Assembly: GCA_964016885.1 (NCBI GenBank)
Contig: OZ024741.1
Span: 66,898,001-66,962,000, forward strand
Length of the DNA: 64,000 nucleotides
Source: Eledone cirrhosa
Lineage: Eukaryota
Direction: 5' to 3'
Shown: piece after piece, positions 28,665 to 41,805 of the stretch
Layout of the letters: every line of letters starts with the position of its first letter
How positions within the stretch are numbered: position 1 is the stretch's first letter
Notes under the pieces: model-generated
Database searches by the model: none
Told to the model about the DNA's origin: nothing
What the model saw: only the letters and a program-made list of their open reading frames with translations
Translations under genes and position numbers: made by a program

Positions 28665-29000
28665 CTCAGCGTAGCCGCATGGTTAAGTAGCTCGCTTCAC
28701 AATCCATCGGTCCCTGGTTCAATCCCAATGTCTAACATCTTGGGCAAAGATCATTTATCACAGCCTCGGGGTGAGGCAAGCCGTGCGAGTAAAATTGGGT
28801 AGATGTAAACAATTTCGAAGACAATCTGTTAGATTGTTGTTATAATTCAAAGAGGGCCAGCCTTGTCACACACTGTGTCATGCTAAATCTTCATGAGAAT
28901 TACTTTAAGGGTACAATGTGTTTGTGGAATGCTTAGCCACTTACACGTTAATTTCTTCTGCATGCTATTCCGTTGAGCCAGCAGAACCAAAGTTAACCCC
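28665..29000 (+). mobile_element. Degenerate tRNA-headed SINE
   Basis: A-box-like TAGCCGCATGG, B box GGTTCAATCCC. The 3' part resembles the reverse complement of ~36530-36620. Confidence 0.55.
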
Positions 29001-29214
29001 ACTATAGTAGTAGTAGTAATAGTAGTAGCCCCTGTCTGTGGCAGCATCACGTGACCTTGTAAATAGGAAGGTAGTGTTAGATTCCCTCGCACAATTGGTG
29101 GTTAAAACAATTTGAAAATTGCACCGAATATCTCATCTGAGGTAGTTATATAAACAAGAAAAACAGAAGTAAATATATATATATAATACAACTGCTTAGG
29201 AAGTCTGCTATCAC

Positions 29215-29930
29215 TTATACGAGAAAAGATGCCCTACCAACCTGAGCTGGACTTTCATGAGGATAGCTTCAATGCTTGATATTTTGCATTTAGTCAGAAC
29301 CTGACTCCTATTTGCTTTGCCATGCTGAAGACAGCTTTTGAGAATAACAATGGGAGAGTGAGGTTTGAATATAGAATAAGTGGTGGCTTGTTCAACCAAC
29401 AACGATTCAAAGCAGGAGCTAAGACCATCTTATAAACTGCCCGTGATCTGCTCTTTGCAGACAACTGTTCACTTGTGGCCCACAACCTTGAGGAAATGCA
29501 GTGGATCGCTAATAACATCTCTCGCGCGTCTAAACCTTTTGGTCTCACCATCAGTATTAAAAAAACCGAGCTTGTCCATCAGCCATTGCACGACTATCCT
29601 CCCGCTGTTGTTCCTACTGTTTATGTCGAAAACTGTTTCCTCCTTCATTTATCTTAGCTCCATTTTATCCAAAGATGCAAAGATGGACAAAGAAATATAG
29701 TACAGGGTTGGGAAGGCTAACTCTGCTTTCGGTAGATTTACCACAGGCTTTAGAAAACGAAGGATGTCTCATTAAAGGTGAAAATTGATGTGTACAGGTC
29801 GGTAGTACTGACATCGTTACTCTATGGTGCTGAATCATGGACTCGGTACCGAAAGCACATCAATCAGCCTGCTGTTTTTCACATGTGATGCTTGCGTACC
29901 ATCTGCAACATAAAACTAAGTGATCACATT
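29215..29930. mobile_element. RTE (BovB-like) LINE fragment with an internal inversion
   Basis: Plus 29300..29930: YRISGGLFN..ARDLLFADNC..GKANSAFGRF..LLYGAESW..IKLSDHI. Minus ~29300..29215: QVLTKCKISSIEAILMKVQLRLVGHL, the expected continuation. Confidence 0.8.
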
Positions 29931-30068
29931 AGATATTATATATATAGATATATGCATATACACAAACATATCCATACATACGCGAATACGTTTATCCATT
30001 TATCGATTAAAAGCGATTATATCCTTCTATTCAGTACTATCAATAAGCTTATCTGTGCGTTTGACTAT

Positions 30069-30241
<173 letters not shown>

Positions 30242-31409
30242 CGATAGATATATATAGATATATATATTTATCTATTTACAATTCTTGTATCTAAAAGTTC
30301 GTCTTTGTTCTCGTTATGTCCTTGTCATAAATATCAGTAAGCTTCACGAAGAAACAATCCGCCATCTTTATAATATGGCAGCTGACTTCTCTGTAGCCAA
30401 CGTTCCATAAGACTCACTTAAAACGATTAAGAGATTTTGTGAATTCCAGAAACATTTGGTAAGATCTTTTCGTTGAACAATAGAACGCTGTAAGATATAA
30501 GAATGCCATGTTTTTGAGGGACAGAAAGAGATATTGGAAAGCTGAAGGAAAGATCTGAAGATTGGAATTAAATAGGATGGTTTGAGATGCATTAGGAAAG
30601 AGGAGAAATTGAAATCAGAAATCTTAGTGATTTTCTAGTAGATATTGTGATGCATCTTGGCATCTTGTTTGGGGAATTTTGTGTATTTGACAGATAGAAT
30701 AGTTAAGTATATGGATAGGTAGGTGGGCTAGTAGGTTGCTAGGTAAGTAGATATGTGGTGAGCAGACAGACAGATAGATAGATTGTTCGATAAATAGATA
30801 GATAGATAAATGGATATATAAAGGAATAATTTTGATAGATTGGGTAGTTATTCATCTAAGAGTATTATTATCAATGATAATGAGAATAAGTGACTGTCAT
30901 GTTTTTCTTTAGGATATCAGTGAGTTAAATTTTTCGCAACTGTTAAGCGAAATCATATTGTCCAATTCATCTTGTCTGGAAGCTTATATCATTGTTCTAT
31001 AGATCGAACAAGGTGTCGCTGTGCTAATGTACGTCTTCATATTGCCAGGTCGTTCAAAGTCTTATGAGTGAAAGTGGTTCGAGAAAAACTGTAGAAGATC
31101 ATAAGATGAAGTGTAATGGTTAAGATGTGGTTTCACCTTCCTTTCCTCTCACCAGTGTTAGATGATTCATAAAACATAGACGTGCATCTTCTTCGTCGGA
31201 CTAAGTGATGTTTAATACACTCAAACACATTCACAGACAAGCAGATACATTTGCACTCATACGTATTTTAAACAAAGAGCAACAAAGAAAATTTTATTCA
31301 ATTAGAGTAAAACATACATATATTTATAAGCAATAAAGATTCATTCAATCTTAATAAAAATATTTGCGTATTCCATATTACCATAATTATCTTCAATGAA
31401 TATAAAGTG

Positions 31410-31590
31410 GGGTTATATAGAAGCAGATTAATGAGAAAATATAGCATTACTATGAGGGATATACAAAATTATATAAAATAAATATTGACATAGGGTTATA
31501 TAGAAGCAGATTAATGAGAAAATATAGAATTATTATAGGGGATATACAAAATTATATAAAATGAATATTGACATAGGGTTATATAGAGGA
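31410..31590. repeat. ~83-bp tandem repeat, about 2 copies
   Basis: gggttatatagaagcagattaatgagaaaatatag at ~31410 and ~31493. Confidence 0.85.
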
Positions 31591-32202
31591 AATAAACATT
31601 AGCATGGGTTATATACGGGAAAATTATGATATCTAGAGTTTCACGCTTAATTCGTTGTTGCTTTCTAGTTTTGAGTATTTTGCTATTCTGCTTTCTTTTG
31701 CCTAACATCTCGTAACCCCCTATGCTATCAGCAACACAGTTCCACGAACTGTACATCTAAACCCACACATTTTCTGCAATACCAGGCTTCCATGTTTCTG
31801 TTGACAGTTGCTTTCGGATACAAGTCTCTGTATATTGTCATCATTTTTTTCGTTATTCTAACTTCTGAAGAATCTCTTTGTCCATTTGAATATCCCTGGA
31901 CGAAATCTGATGACAGATAATGCTCTCGAGTTCATGACACTGACGTTAGATATGCTATGGTGTGTGACTCTTACTATCAACTCTCTCCTTCAAACTCTAC
32001 TGAGTTTGTTTTTATACATCCATACAACCAAAAGAGCCAGATATTTATATCCATCATCTGTGTCAATCTATGGCATCTTCTCGTTTAGTAGATTTCTCCC
32101 ACCACTTTTATTATATTTCCTTTTCTTCATAATAACAAACCTTGCACACTTAGAAACACCGTTTTGAAGTCCTACACTGTTGTTAAACACCTACACCGAA
32201 CC

Positions 32203-32257
<55 letters not shown>

Positions 32258-32307
32258 TAATAAAATGATAGGAGGCTGGACTTGTGTAAAGCCTTGAAAG
32301 GTTTATT

Positions 32308-32365
32308 ATACTATGATCATTTCAATGACCGGGTTCAGTATGAATCCGGTGATATCATCAGGTAT
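32308..32365 (-). ncRNA. Type-I hammerhead ribozyme with intact catalytic core
   Basis: Minus strand: atac-CTGATGA-tatcaccgg-attcatactgaac-ccggtcatt-GAAA-tgatca-TA-gtat, immediately followed by AATAAA and then (TA)n. Confidence 0.8.
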
Positions 32366-33386
32366 TCGAAATATAATAAATGAATGTAATAGATAAAATC
32401 CATGGGGCTGAAAATCAAAGATCGGAGGACGACCGACATCTAGCATCTTCCACTTTTGCCGGTCGCATCAAGTGAGGTGGCTAAAGCTTATAGTGTGCTA
32501 CTACCGGTCAAATAGAGGAAAACAGAAAGGGAGAGGAAGATAAGTCAGCGTTAATATCATGCTACAAGAAAAAGGACAGAAAGAAGGGGGAAGAAAATGA
32601 AGAAAAGGAAGAAGAAGAAAAGTCAGGGTTAATGTCGATCTACAAGAAGAAAGACAGAAAGAAAGAGGAAGAAAGGTCGGTACTAATGTCAAACTACAGT
32701 CAGGCCAGGAATGGCGCGAAAAAATTATTATTATAATATTTAACTCCGTAATAGCACCACCTACTCCAAAAACGAAGACGGTTGAACTGCTTTACGTTGA
32801 GTACTCTCCATATTATTACATTAAGATTGACCATACGGAATTGACCAGCTTTATCCAGTGGTGAACCTCAAACCTGAATAAATATATATATATAGAGAGA
32901 ATGTAGAGAAGTGACACACGAGTTGATATATATAATAATAAAAAAGAAAAAAAAAACTGTAGAAAATGCTAAAGGGATTTTCTCATGGAAAAACAGCAAG
33001 ACATTTATTTACAAAAAAGGAATTTCCATATTATTCGTACCGGTTGCAGCCTGTGGGTTTCTTCAAGCGACGGAAGTGTAGAATGAAATTAAAATGTATA
33101 TTGATAAGAATATGGAAAAAATGAACATCGTTTAAATACATATACTATATAGAGAAAAGTTCACATTTTTTGTTTAACGTTTTCTGTCTTTCTCTCCTGG
33201 TGATTGACCAATCTCCTGTGTCATTATTGTGTGATTAGCAGAGAAGAATTAGTTCGTTCTGTTTTTTGGTGTCGACCTCGACTGTAGTAGTAGTAGTGGG
33301 GCGGGGGGGGGGGAAAGAAAGGGAAGGATAAGGGGAAGGAGAAGGAGAGGCAGAAGAAGAAGTAGTAGTTGAAGAAGAAGGGGGAG

Positions 33387-33480
33387 AGAAGAAGAAGAAG
33401 AAGAAGAAGAAGAAGAAGAAGAAGAAGAAGAAGAAGAAGAAGAAGAAGAAGAAGAAGAAGAAGAAGAAGAAGAAGAAGAA
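33387..33480. repeat. (AAG)n microsatellite
   Basis: Directly visible. Confidence 0.95.
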
Positions 33481-33669
33481 TACGAAAGAGAAGATGAAGA
33501 GAGGTAGCGACAGTGATAGGTGTTGTAGTAATACCAGGGCTATGGTTTAGAAAGGAGCTGGGCATAGAAGGGGGAGTAATAGAGGGCGACGGGGGTGTAG
33601 TAGTAATACTATTAATAGTATATATATATATATTTAATTCTCACTCAATCCTATCATATAACTTTAGAC

Positions 33670-33842
33670 CAGTGGTCCTCAACCGGGGTCCACATGGACC
33701 CTGGGGGTCCATGTAATATTCCTGAGGGTCCACAGGCAAAAAATAGAATAAGTTTTTCTTTTGTCGAATAGCAATGAGGGGGTCCACACCCCCCAAAATA
33801 AAGGAAAGGGATCCATGAGTAATAAAAGGTTGAGAACCACTG
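33670..33842. mobile_element. hAT/Charlie-type MITE (173 bp)
   Basis: TIRs CAGTGGTCCTCAACC...GGTTGAGAACCACTG. Perfect 8-bp TSD CTTTAGAC at 33662..33669 and 33843..33850. Confidence 0.92.
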
Positions 33843-33949
33843 CTTTAGACCCCCCAATGGTAACGAATCATTAGCAGTCTTGGTCTATCCTAAGACCATA
33901 TCTTCCTTTACTCCTTTCTTATGAGAGTGGGATGATAGAACTAAGAAAA

Positions 33950-34140
33950 AATAATTGTTTCTACTTTTGGCACAAGGCCAGCAATTTAACCAGTACATTA
34001 CTGGTACTTTATTTTATCGACCCCGTAAGGATGAAAGGCAAAGTTAACCTCGACGGGATTCGAACTCAGACCGTAAAGGGACGTAACTATGCTGGAAAGC
34101 ATGGCGTCCAACCCTCTACCGATACTGCCAATTCACCGCC
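33950..34140 (-). mobile_element. tRNA-headed SINE (same family as 20185)
   Basis: Same A/B boxes and core. Confidence 0.85.
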
Positions 34141-34290
34141 CAAAAATAGTGGATATAATTTATCACTTTGGAAAATGTCCTGGTCTAATTTGACTCGTGC
34201 CAGTCCAGTGATTGTACCAATGTCTTCAAAATCCAGGGCCATGTCATATGCTTTCTTGTAATCGATCTATCATTATTATTGCGGGTTATA

Positions 34291-34302
34291 TACTGCTACT
34301 AT

Positions 34303-34393
<91 letters not shown>

Positions 34394-34409
34394 TCTGCTG
34401 CTACTGCTA

Positions 34410-34444
<35 letters not shown>

Positions 34445-34454
34445 ACTACTACTG

Positions 34455-34495
<41 letters not shown>

Positions 34496-34522
34496 GCTGC
34501 TGCTGCTACCACCACCACCACC

Positions 34523-34598
<76 letters not shown>
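34291..34598. repeat. Compound (CTA/CTG/CCA)n microsatellite
   Basis: Directly visible. Confidence 0.95.
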
Positions 34599-35826
34599 TA
34601 TTCGCATTTTTTAATGAACGAATCTCTCTGAAGTAGCTCCGTGAAAGATTTGGATTTAGCACGTTTATGCTGAATGGAAATGAATTTTTTTCATTGTATA
34701 TTTTGCCTATAGGAAACTTTGGAACAGTTCAGTGACCACCTTATTGTATATTAAACTGCATTAGTATTTTGTCGCATTATCCTAAAATTCGCAGCTGTGG
34801 CAGTATCGATTTTTTACTGTCCATTTTTGACAGTAAAAGACCACGCCTTCTGCAATACATTTTGACCAATCAGCAAATATCTACTTAGTGTCAAAAGGCT
34901 TTTGTTGTCAGGTATATTTATAGGTGCTATCTTGTGTAACAGTAGGCATAATGTGACTCTGTGTAATATATGTATGAAAGTGTTGACTCTCATGTGAGAC
35001 GAAGTTTTATATAAAGGTTGTTATTAAATTGACAAAGTTGTTTAATATGCCATATCTAATGTATATATATAGTGTGATGTTTGGTTTGAATGTTGAGAGC
35101 GTATTGTGTGTTACTCTGGAGTAGGTGGAAGTTTTCTATAGATTAGTATGAATTTGTCTGCATGTACCCAACATTTAAATATATTGCTGTTTAGACGTTA
35201 CCAGAGTTTTTATCTTGCCTAATACACTGCACTGACCGTCTCCATTGTACCTACGTAAGTTGTATATCTTTCTACTATTGGTATGTGATCGGCATCGTTT
35301 TCAGCTTTCAAATATTGCTGGCCTGTTTCAAGAAATTTCGCCTATCAACATACCTCAGTACATTCTATAGTTAAACATCTTGACATGAATTTACTCTTAA
35401 CTAAACATATGTAATGTTTCTTCTCCGGTCGTTACACTTTCTTATAGAATTCTTCCAGCTGTACTTTCCATATCTAAGACTGTTGATTGTGGCTTGTAGG
35501 AGATTCTGCTGCTATTTAAATCAGGTTTAATTGGTAAGTGGCGTATAGTCCATTTGAGATTCGGTAGTCACGATATAGAACCAATGTGACAGAAGATAGG
35601 CAATATGGTAGGATTAGTGATATCTGCATAGACAAAGGTTATTACAAATATCTTTGTTACCAACTGAAAATGAGGTCAAGAGAATTAAGTAAGCGGTTAA
35701 CTACACAGATATTTACGTACACACACATGGATATATATGTATTTGCATATATCTAGTGTATATATTAGTATGCGTGTGGATGTAAGTCTATATATTCATG
35801 TAACTGGTGTGTGTATGTATTATGTA

Positions 35827-35873
<47 letters not shown>

Positions 35874-36489
35874 GTGGGTGTGTGTGTGTGGGTGTGTGTG
35901 TGTGGGTGTGTGTGTGCCACGCGAGTAAAAACGTTAAGATGCACGTCAAATTAATTAAAACATACTGACTCTGTACATAAAACTCTTTTACGCTGACCCG
36001 TTGTATATGAACTAATATAAAATGCCATACAATCTTTAAAACGAACTTATAAATTCGACTATCACCTCAGGAATATACGTAGACCAAATAAAATGAAACC
36101 TTTTAACCTTAGTATGAACGTCTACCTACAGGGATGAATAACCGAAACAAACCGAGCGAAAGTAGAACTCAACTTACTCTATCAATATCTAGAGGACTTT
36201 GGAGATGAAAACCTAATAAAAGTAGACGACATACTTCAAGATTTATCTTTAGCTAAAAGCAATAAATATAGATGTTTATACACATACAGTAATAACAAAG
36301 AACTTACCACTAAGCTCCGGCAAAATTGTATGATGCGAAACATGATAAGAGCTATTTATTTTGTTATTATATGTAAAGATAATCAGAATAAAGAAACTAT
36401 AACGATGACAGCACATTTATAAGGATTTAGAATGATAACAACACTTAAATTAATATGTTAGCTTAACACATCAATTGTTTGGACCTATG

Positions 36490-36790
36490 CTAGTTACGAC
36501 GAAGATTGTGCTAGTTGATTCGATCAATGGAATAACCTGCTCGTCAAATTAACGCGCATTTAACTGATGTTTTCACAGACACGTGTATACTTAATATAGT
36601 TTTCATAGATATTCAGCGTGACACCGTGTATGAAAAGACTGGTCCTATGAACTACAGGTACAACTCATTTTTGCCAGCTGAGCTGACTAGAACAACATGA
36701 AATAAAGTGTCTTGCCCAAGAATACAACGCTTCACTGGGAATCGAACTCAAGAACTTACGATAGTCAGTCGAACACCTTAAAGACTATGT
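36490..36790 (-). mobile_element. Degenerate tRNA-headed SINE
   Basis: B box GAGTTCGATTCC on the minus strand. Shares ctcattt..cagctgag..caa..tgaaat..caagaa.acaac with the 18604 copy. Confidence 0.65.
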
Positions 36791-37384
36791 CATGAATTGT
36801 CCTTAAAACATCAAATTACTGCAGTAAACACACGTATAGTAAGACATATATGTGTGTTTAATGTAATAAACTGCTTAACGTTCATAGAAATGTAAAAGTC
36901 CAAAGCAAGCATAGCTACGTCTCATACTTTTCTGTAAATGTACACAAGTTCGTGTGCAATAATACATTATATTGTTGTTTAATCATGTTTAATCATGTTT
37001 AATCTAACACAGCAAAATTACGATCAACAGGGTTACAGATAGCTTATGGTGTTTAATTTTGCAAACTCCACACCAATCATCTCATGTTGACTATGCCCGT
37101 GCATAAGTTGATAAAATAATGAAGTATGCCGAATTATAGGTCAATTGAATAATATTTAAATGAACCCTTTCACATATTTCTTATTTATGACGATTTTGGG
37201 ATCTGGCCTGTAGTATATTGTCTTTTCTGTTACTGAATCCAATGAGGAAATCATACGACAGAACGAAATGAAATGGAAATAAGTACACAATAATATTGAG
37301 GTTAAAGAGCGGAACATTTTTCTGGATGAAACGACTTTTGCTAGATCTCTCGACCCACCTGGTGTACGCTTAAGTTTTTTACTA

Positions 37385-38790
37385 TCTTGATGCCGTATAT
37401 GGCCTTAGCCATCCAACGAGCCTGGTGGTAAGATCGTTGGACCAATAGAGAGAACTGAAAAGATGGCCAACCACCAAGATAGAGAAGGGAGAGCTTTATC
37501 AGATCGGCATAGTCTTTTCAGGAATGATCTCCAGAAAGCAGCACAGTCAGTAGATATTCAACAATCTTCCTCTTTTGCTTGTAAAAATCTTATATGGGCT
37601 CATCATTGGCCAGGATAATTTGATAATAAGACTTACCGATGGTGTCCCAACTTTTCTGGAACTTTTTGAACATTGGGAGACCGGCACCAGATGATGGAAA
37701 AAAGCTCTCGAAGACTTTCTTCAAAATCAGTTCAAGAATGTGATGACAACAAGCCAGTCACAAGAGGGAATTTTTCAGAGCTGCTTCAAATTTAGTAATG
37801 GCTCCATGGTGGGTGCTGATGTTACTGGTGCTGGTGTCGAAAGTCAATTTTCTTTGAGTCGTTCAATTTTCTTCAAAACGAAGTCAGCAATTTGTTGACC
37901 GGTTCCATCTATTACAAACAGAACACCTAAGAACTCCTTTCCTTTAACTCCAATTAAATTGCTATCCAATCTTTGAATGTGCTAGATCGAGAAGCCGAAG
38001 GTAATAATTCTCCATCCTAATGGAGGACAAAACAGGATCTGTCTTCAGGTGGGAAAGTGGATAACTCATTTTCCCGAGCCATCTTTTCACTATAACTTGT
38101 TCTTGCTCGATAATCAGTTCAGAGGAAAATCGAGAGTTCTGACACATCATGACCCAAATTTCTTCATATTTGCGACGTAAGAAGTACTTGCATGTCGTAC
38201 CGATAGTTTCTCCCATTCCTATATGGCAACAAACGTGGCGTCGAAAGTTAGCTTTACTCGCGATCTGGATGACGAAATTTCAAGAGCTACTTTCTTGGAC
38301 ATCTTCTTGACTTCTTCATCTTCCTTTTTCTTCCATATTATGAATTTTCTTTTCCTTCTTCTCACATGTTCTGCATCGTCACCAGGCAGGAATGTAGTTA
38401 TCCGATCTTCCCGCCGTGTCTCAAGCAAATAATTTTCTTAAGATGAGACATCCTTTCAATCGAGAACGTCCTGGATAGCAATGTCAAAAATTTCCTCGAG
38501 ATCACCTGTTCAAATCCTACGTTTTGCAATTGCTTTGTCAGTCAGCCTTGATTTTTTCCATCCTTGATACTCTTTATATGATTTCTCTATTGAAGTGTGG
38601 ATGTGTTTTTCCGTTTTGGTAGCTATATTTACTTTTCTCCACACATCCTGGATCTTCTGGCCAGTGGTTTTATGGCAACTGAAATTGTTTCCCAGAGTTC
38701 GTCGCGATGGTAGAAAAAACACGAGCACTTGTTTGGATGGAAGTAGAGTTTAATTATCTCCTAAGTACCCAAATGGCCTTTGTGATTTCC
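37385..38790 (-). pseudogene. hATm-like DDE transposase relic
   Basis: Minus strand: LACCHHILELIL (cf. ACRHH), YHQARWMAKAIYGIK, and N-terminal IQDVWRKVNIAT..DLEEIFDIA. Many stops and frameshifts; no TIRs identified. Confidence 0.75.
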
Positions 38791-40234
38791 ATTTTATTAT
38801 TCTCTGTGAAAGATGAAAAGGAAAATCAATTAATCAATTATATTTTAACAAGCCTTTAACTTCTTACATTTCTGGAACTCATTCAGGCTATTAAGAGCAA
38901 AAGAGAAGTAAATTAGTTCATAACTTTATAACAACAGATGGAACTTGACGAAAACCATCGTGTTTACTACTCGCTAACAAAACCAGCAATGAACCTCGGT
39001 AGAGGTATTTACTTTAGCTATCAATTATTTCATTATTAATATAATAATTTTATACATGACCCATTTGTTACAATTATTATATTAACAATGAAATAATTAA
39101 TAACGAAAGTAAATATCTCTATCTTCTTCATTAACACGGCGTATGTCATTAGTAATATGGCCACGAAAGGATTAAGTAAAAATTTAAGTGACTCAAAAAC
39201 TCCATAAACAAGGGTAAGAAAAATACATATAATATTTCTATCAGTAAAAAAAGGAAAAACACTAATAAATACCAATTCATAAATTACTATCGTAAATGTC
39301 TACAAAAGTACGAAACGTTAGCTATAACATTAGTGTTCAGAAGATTGTTTAGAACCTCTTCCACAACAGCGGGGCTATATAAAGAAACCATTAAAATATA
39401 GTACCAGTCAATAATGAATGTAAGAACAACTTAGTAAACCAATTATTAACGAATACAAACAATGCACAATCTATTTTACAAGAACCAAAAGCTAATTATA
39501 TAAACAAAGTCGAACATGTTATATATACATTAATGAGATAGAACATAACACACACTTCATCCAGTCAAACAACAAGCCGTGCTAATCTATTACAAAAATC
39601 GCATCAAAACTAATAACAAACAATAAGCGTGCAAGCTACTGCTTAATCTTTAAATATCCAATGAAATTTATGAATTTACACGTAAGCATTGAAGGGCGTA
39701 CATCGCATTACACTAAATGTTATGACGGACATAAAAGAACCACACTTGATCACCAGATGATCATATATTTACAAACAGCCATCGAAGCATTTACATGACA
39801 ACAACATTAGATAGAAACCATTATTGATGAGGCTGTCACAATATTAGAAATGCAGTTATAGCGAAAATCAAGTCAAGATTTAATACATAAATAACACAAC
39901 GCAGTTAGAAGATAAAACCAGTTCCTGGTTGTTCAAATAAAACTAATACTAATAGCCAATACATCAAATATGTTGAAACGCCATTATCACAAATATAAGA
40001 TCATTTCGATGATTATTCGTTATAAATGAATAATAAGACACACCCCCATCAACGATTTCATTCAAAAGATAAAATCGTAAAGGTCATGAATCATAGATTA
40101 ACCTAAGAACTTTATTCTTCAAAATAAAATATAATGGTTTAATGTAAAAGCACGAAAAATCCTTAATTAAAAGGATAAAACTGGAGTGGAGCACAATTAA
40201 TATTTTCCAATATGTTCAATAGAAAGGTTCGCCA

Positions 40235-40235
<1 letters not shown>

Positions 40236-40292
<57 letters not shown>

Positions 40293-40315
40293 CTATCTCT
40301 CTCTCTCTCACTCCC

Positions 40316-40387
<72 letters not shown>

Positions 40388-40430
40388 CCTATCTATCTAT
40401 CTATCTAACTATCTATCTATCTATCTATCT
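40236..40430. repeat. (TATC)n tract with a (TC)n/CACTCCC interruption at the 5' edge of the Tx1 array
   Basis: Directly visible; the same interruption recurs in 41692..41800. Confidence 0.95.
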
Positions 40431-40435
40431 CCAGA

Positions 40436-41691
40436 CCGTCGTGCCTTGTCCAGCCAAAACGCTCGCCAAAATGGAGCGCGCGCTCTTCCGATTCCTTTGG
40501 AAGAGGCGGGCTCCTTTGGTGAGAAGATCCATCTGCTGCCAACACCCTTCTAACGGAGGGCTGGGGATGCCGTGGTTGACGATGCGCAAACACGCGCTCA
40601 GGCTGCGGCATCTCTACGTATTCCTCACCGGACAACCGGTGTGGGCCCCGTTCGTGAGGCGAGCCTTCCCACGACTCGTCTCGCTGACCGAGCTGCAGTC
40701 CTGGGTCAAGCAGAGACCGAGGAAAATGGGCGACTGGCACATCGAATGTGCTCAGGCGCTCACAGCCCTCTGGCAGGCGGACCCGGAGATCAGTGGAGAC
40801 TCCACTTCGTCATTCTATAGAGGGTTGGTCCGCAGCAAGTGCGACGACGCGCTCGGTGAAACTCTAGGCGTAGAGGAAGATGAACTGGCCAGTCTGTTCG
40901 GTAGGACCTTCCGCCCGGGACCGATGGACAACTTCCAAAAGTCCCTGGCCTGGCAGTGCTACCGAGGAGCTCTACCAGTTCGAGACAAGCTCTACAGACA
41001 TGGGCGCCTGGGCAGGGACCCTGCAAAAAAGATCTGTCCGAGGTGCGTGCGAGACGAAGAAACCGTCGCGCACGCATTCATACACTGCCCGGGCGTCACT
41101 GACCTGTGGGGCTATGTAGAACGACTATTGTCGCGAGTGGGACCAATCCAGTTGACCACCGAGTCCATTGTCATGATCAAACCGCCACCCTCCTTCAAAA
41201 ACGAAGGAGAGGCGGTTTTCCTTTGTGTGATAGCTATGGCGAAAGAGGTTGTATGGTGGACAAGATTGAAAGGGCTGAGGTCAGACACCTTTCTCTCCGG
41301 CCAACAACTGATTCTTTTTTTCAAATACCACTTTGGAAGAAGAATCAGGATGGAGAGAGTGGTGCTGTACCCCAGCAAGTTTTATGAAAGGTGGGTGAAA
41401 GTGGCGAGAATGGCCCGAGTGAATGGGCCTTCTCTCTATATCAGCCTGTAGGTTGAGGAAAAGGAGGAGGAGAGGAAAGGAGTACAAGCTCTTCGTACTC
41501 CTGGAGATGAGGGTTGCACATTTTTTTTCGGGGGTATGTGTTACCCATATAAACTGTCTCCCTCTATTGGGGAAAATCGACTAACTTTTAAATTCCATCT
41601 GTGATAACATTTTACACGTTTTTATTGTATGTAAACTTCCCCCTTTGTATTTGTCCCCTTCTTTTGTGCCCCTGTGGCTAATAAAGAAATA
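40436..41691 (+). mobile_element. Tx1-clade LINE copy A, 5'-truncated (ORF2 C-terminus 40441..41451 plus 3' UTR)
   Basis: GGLGMP, CPRC..ETVAHAFIHC zinc motif. Ends AATAAAGAAATA followed by (TATC)n. Confidence 0.93.
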
Positions 41692-41736
<45 letters not shown>

Positions 41737-41761
41737 CTATCTCTCTCTCTCTCTCACTCCC

Positions 41762-41800
<39 letters not shown>

Positions 41801-41805
41801 CCAGA

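Noticed and set aside
33030-33075. Further hammerhead-like words on the minus strand (also ~11840 and ~17280)
   Set aside because: Two or more core or stem defects; not distinguishable from chance.
39410-40130. Possible very old LINE endonuclease relic (IMNVR, LQEPK, LDHQMI, SSWLFK-like words)
   Set aside because: Motifs are too degenerate and the frame too broken to support by eye; a profile HMM search would decide.
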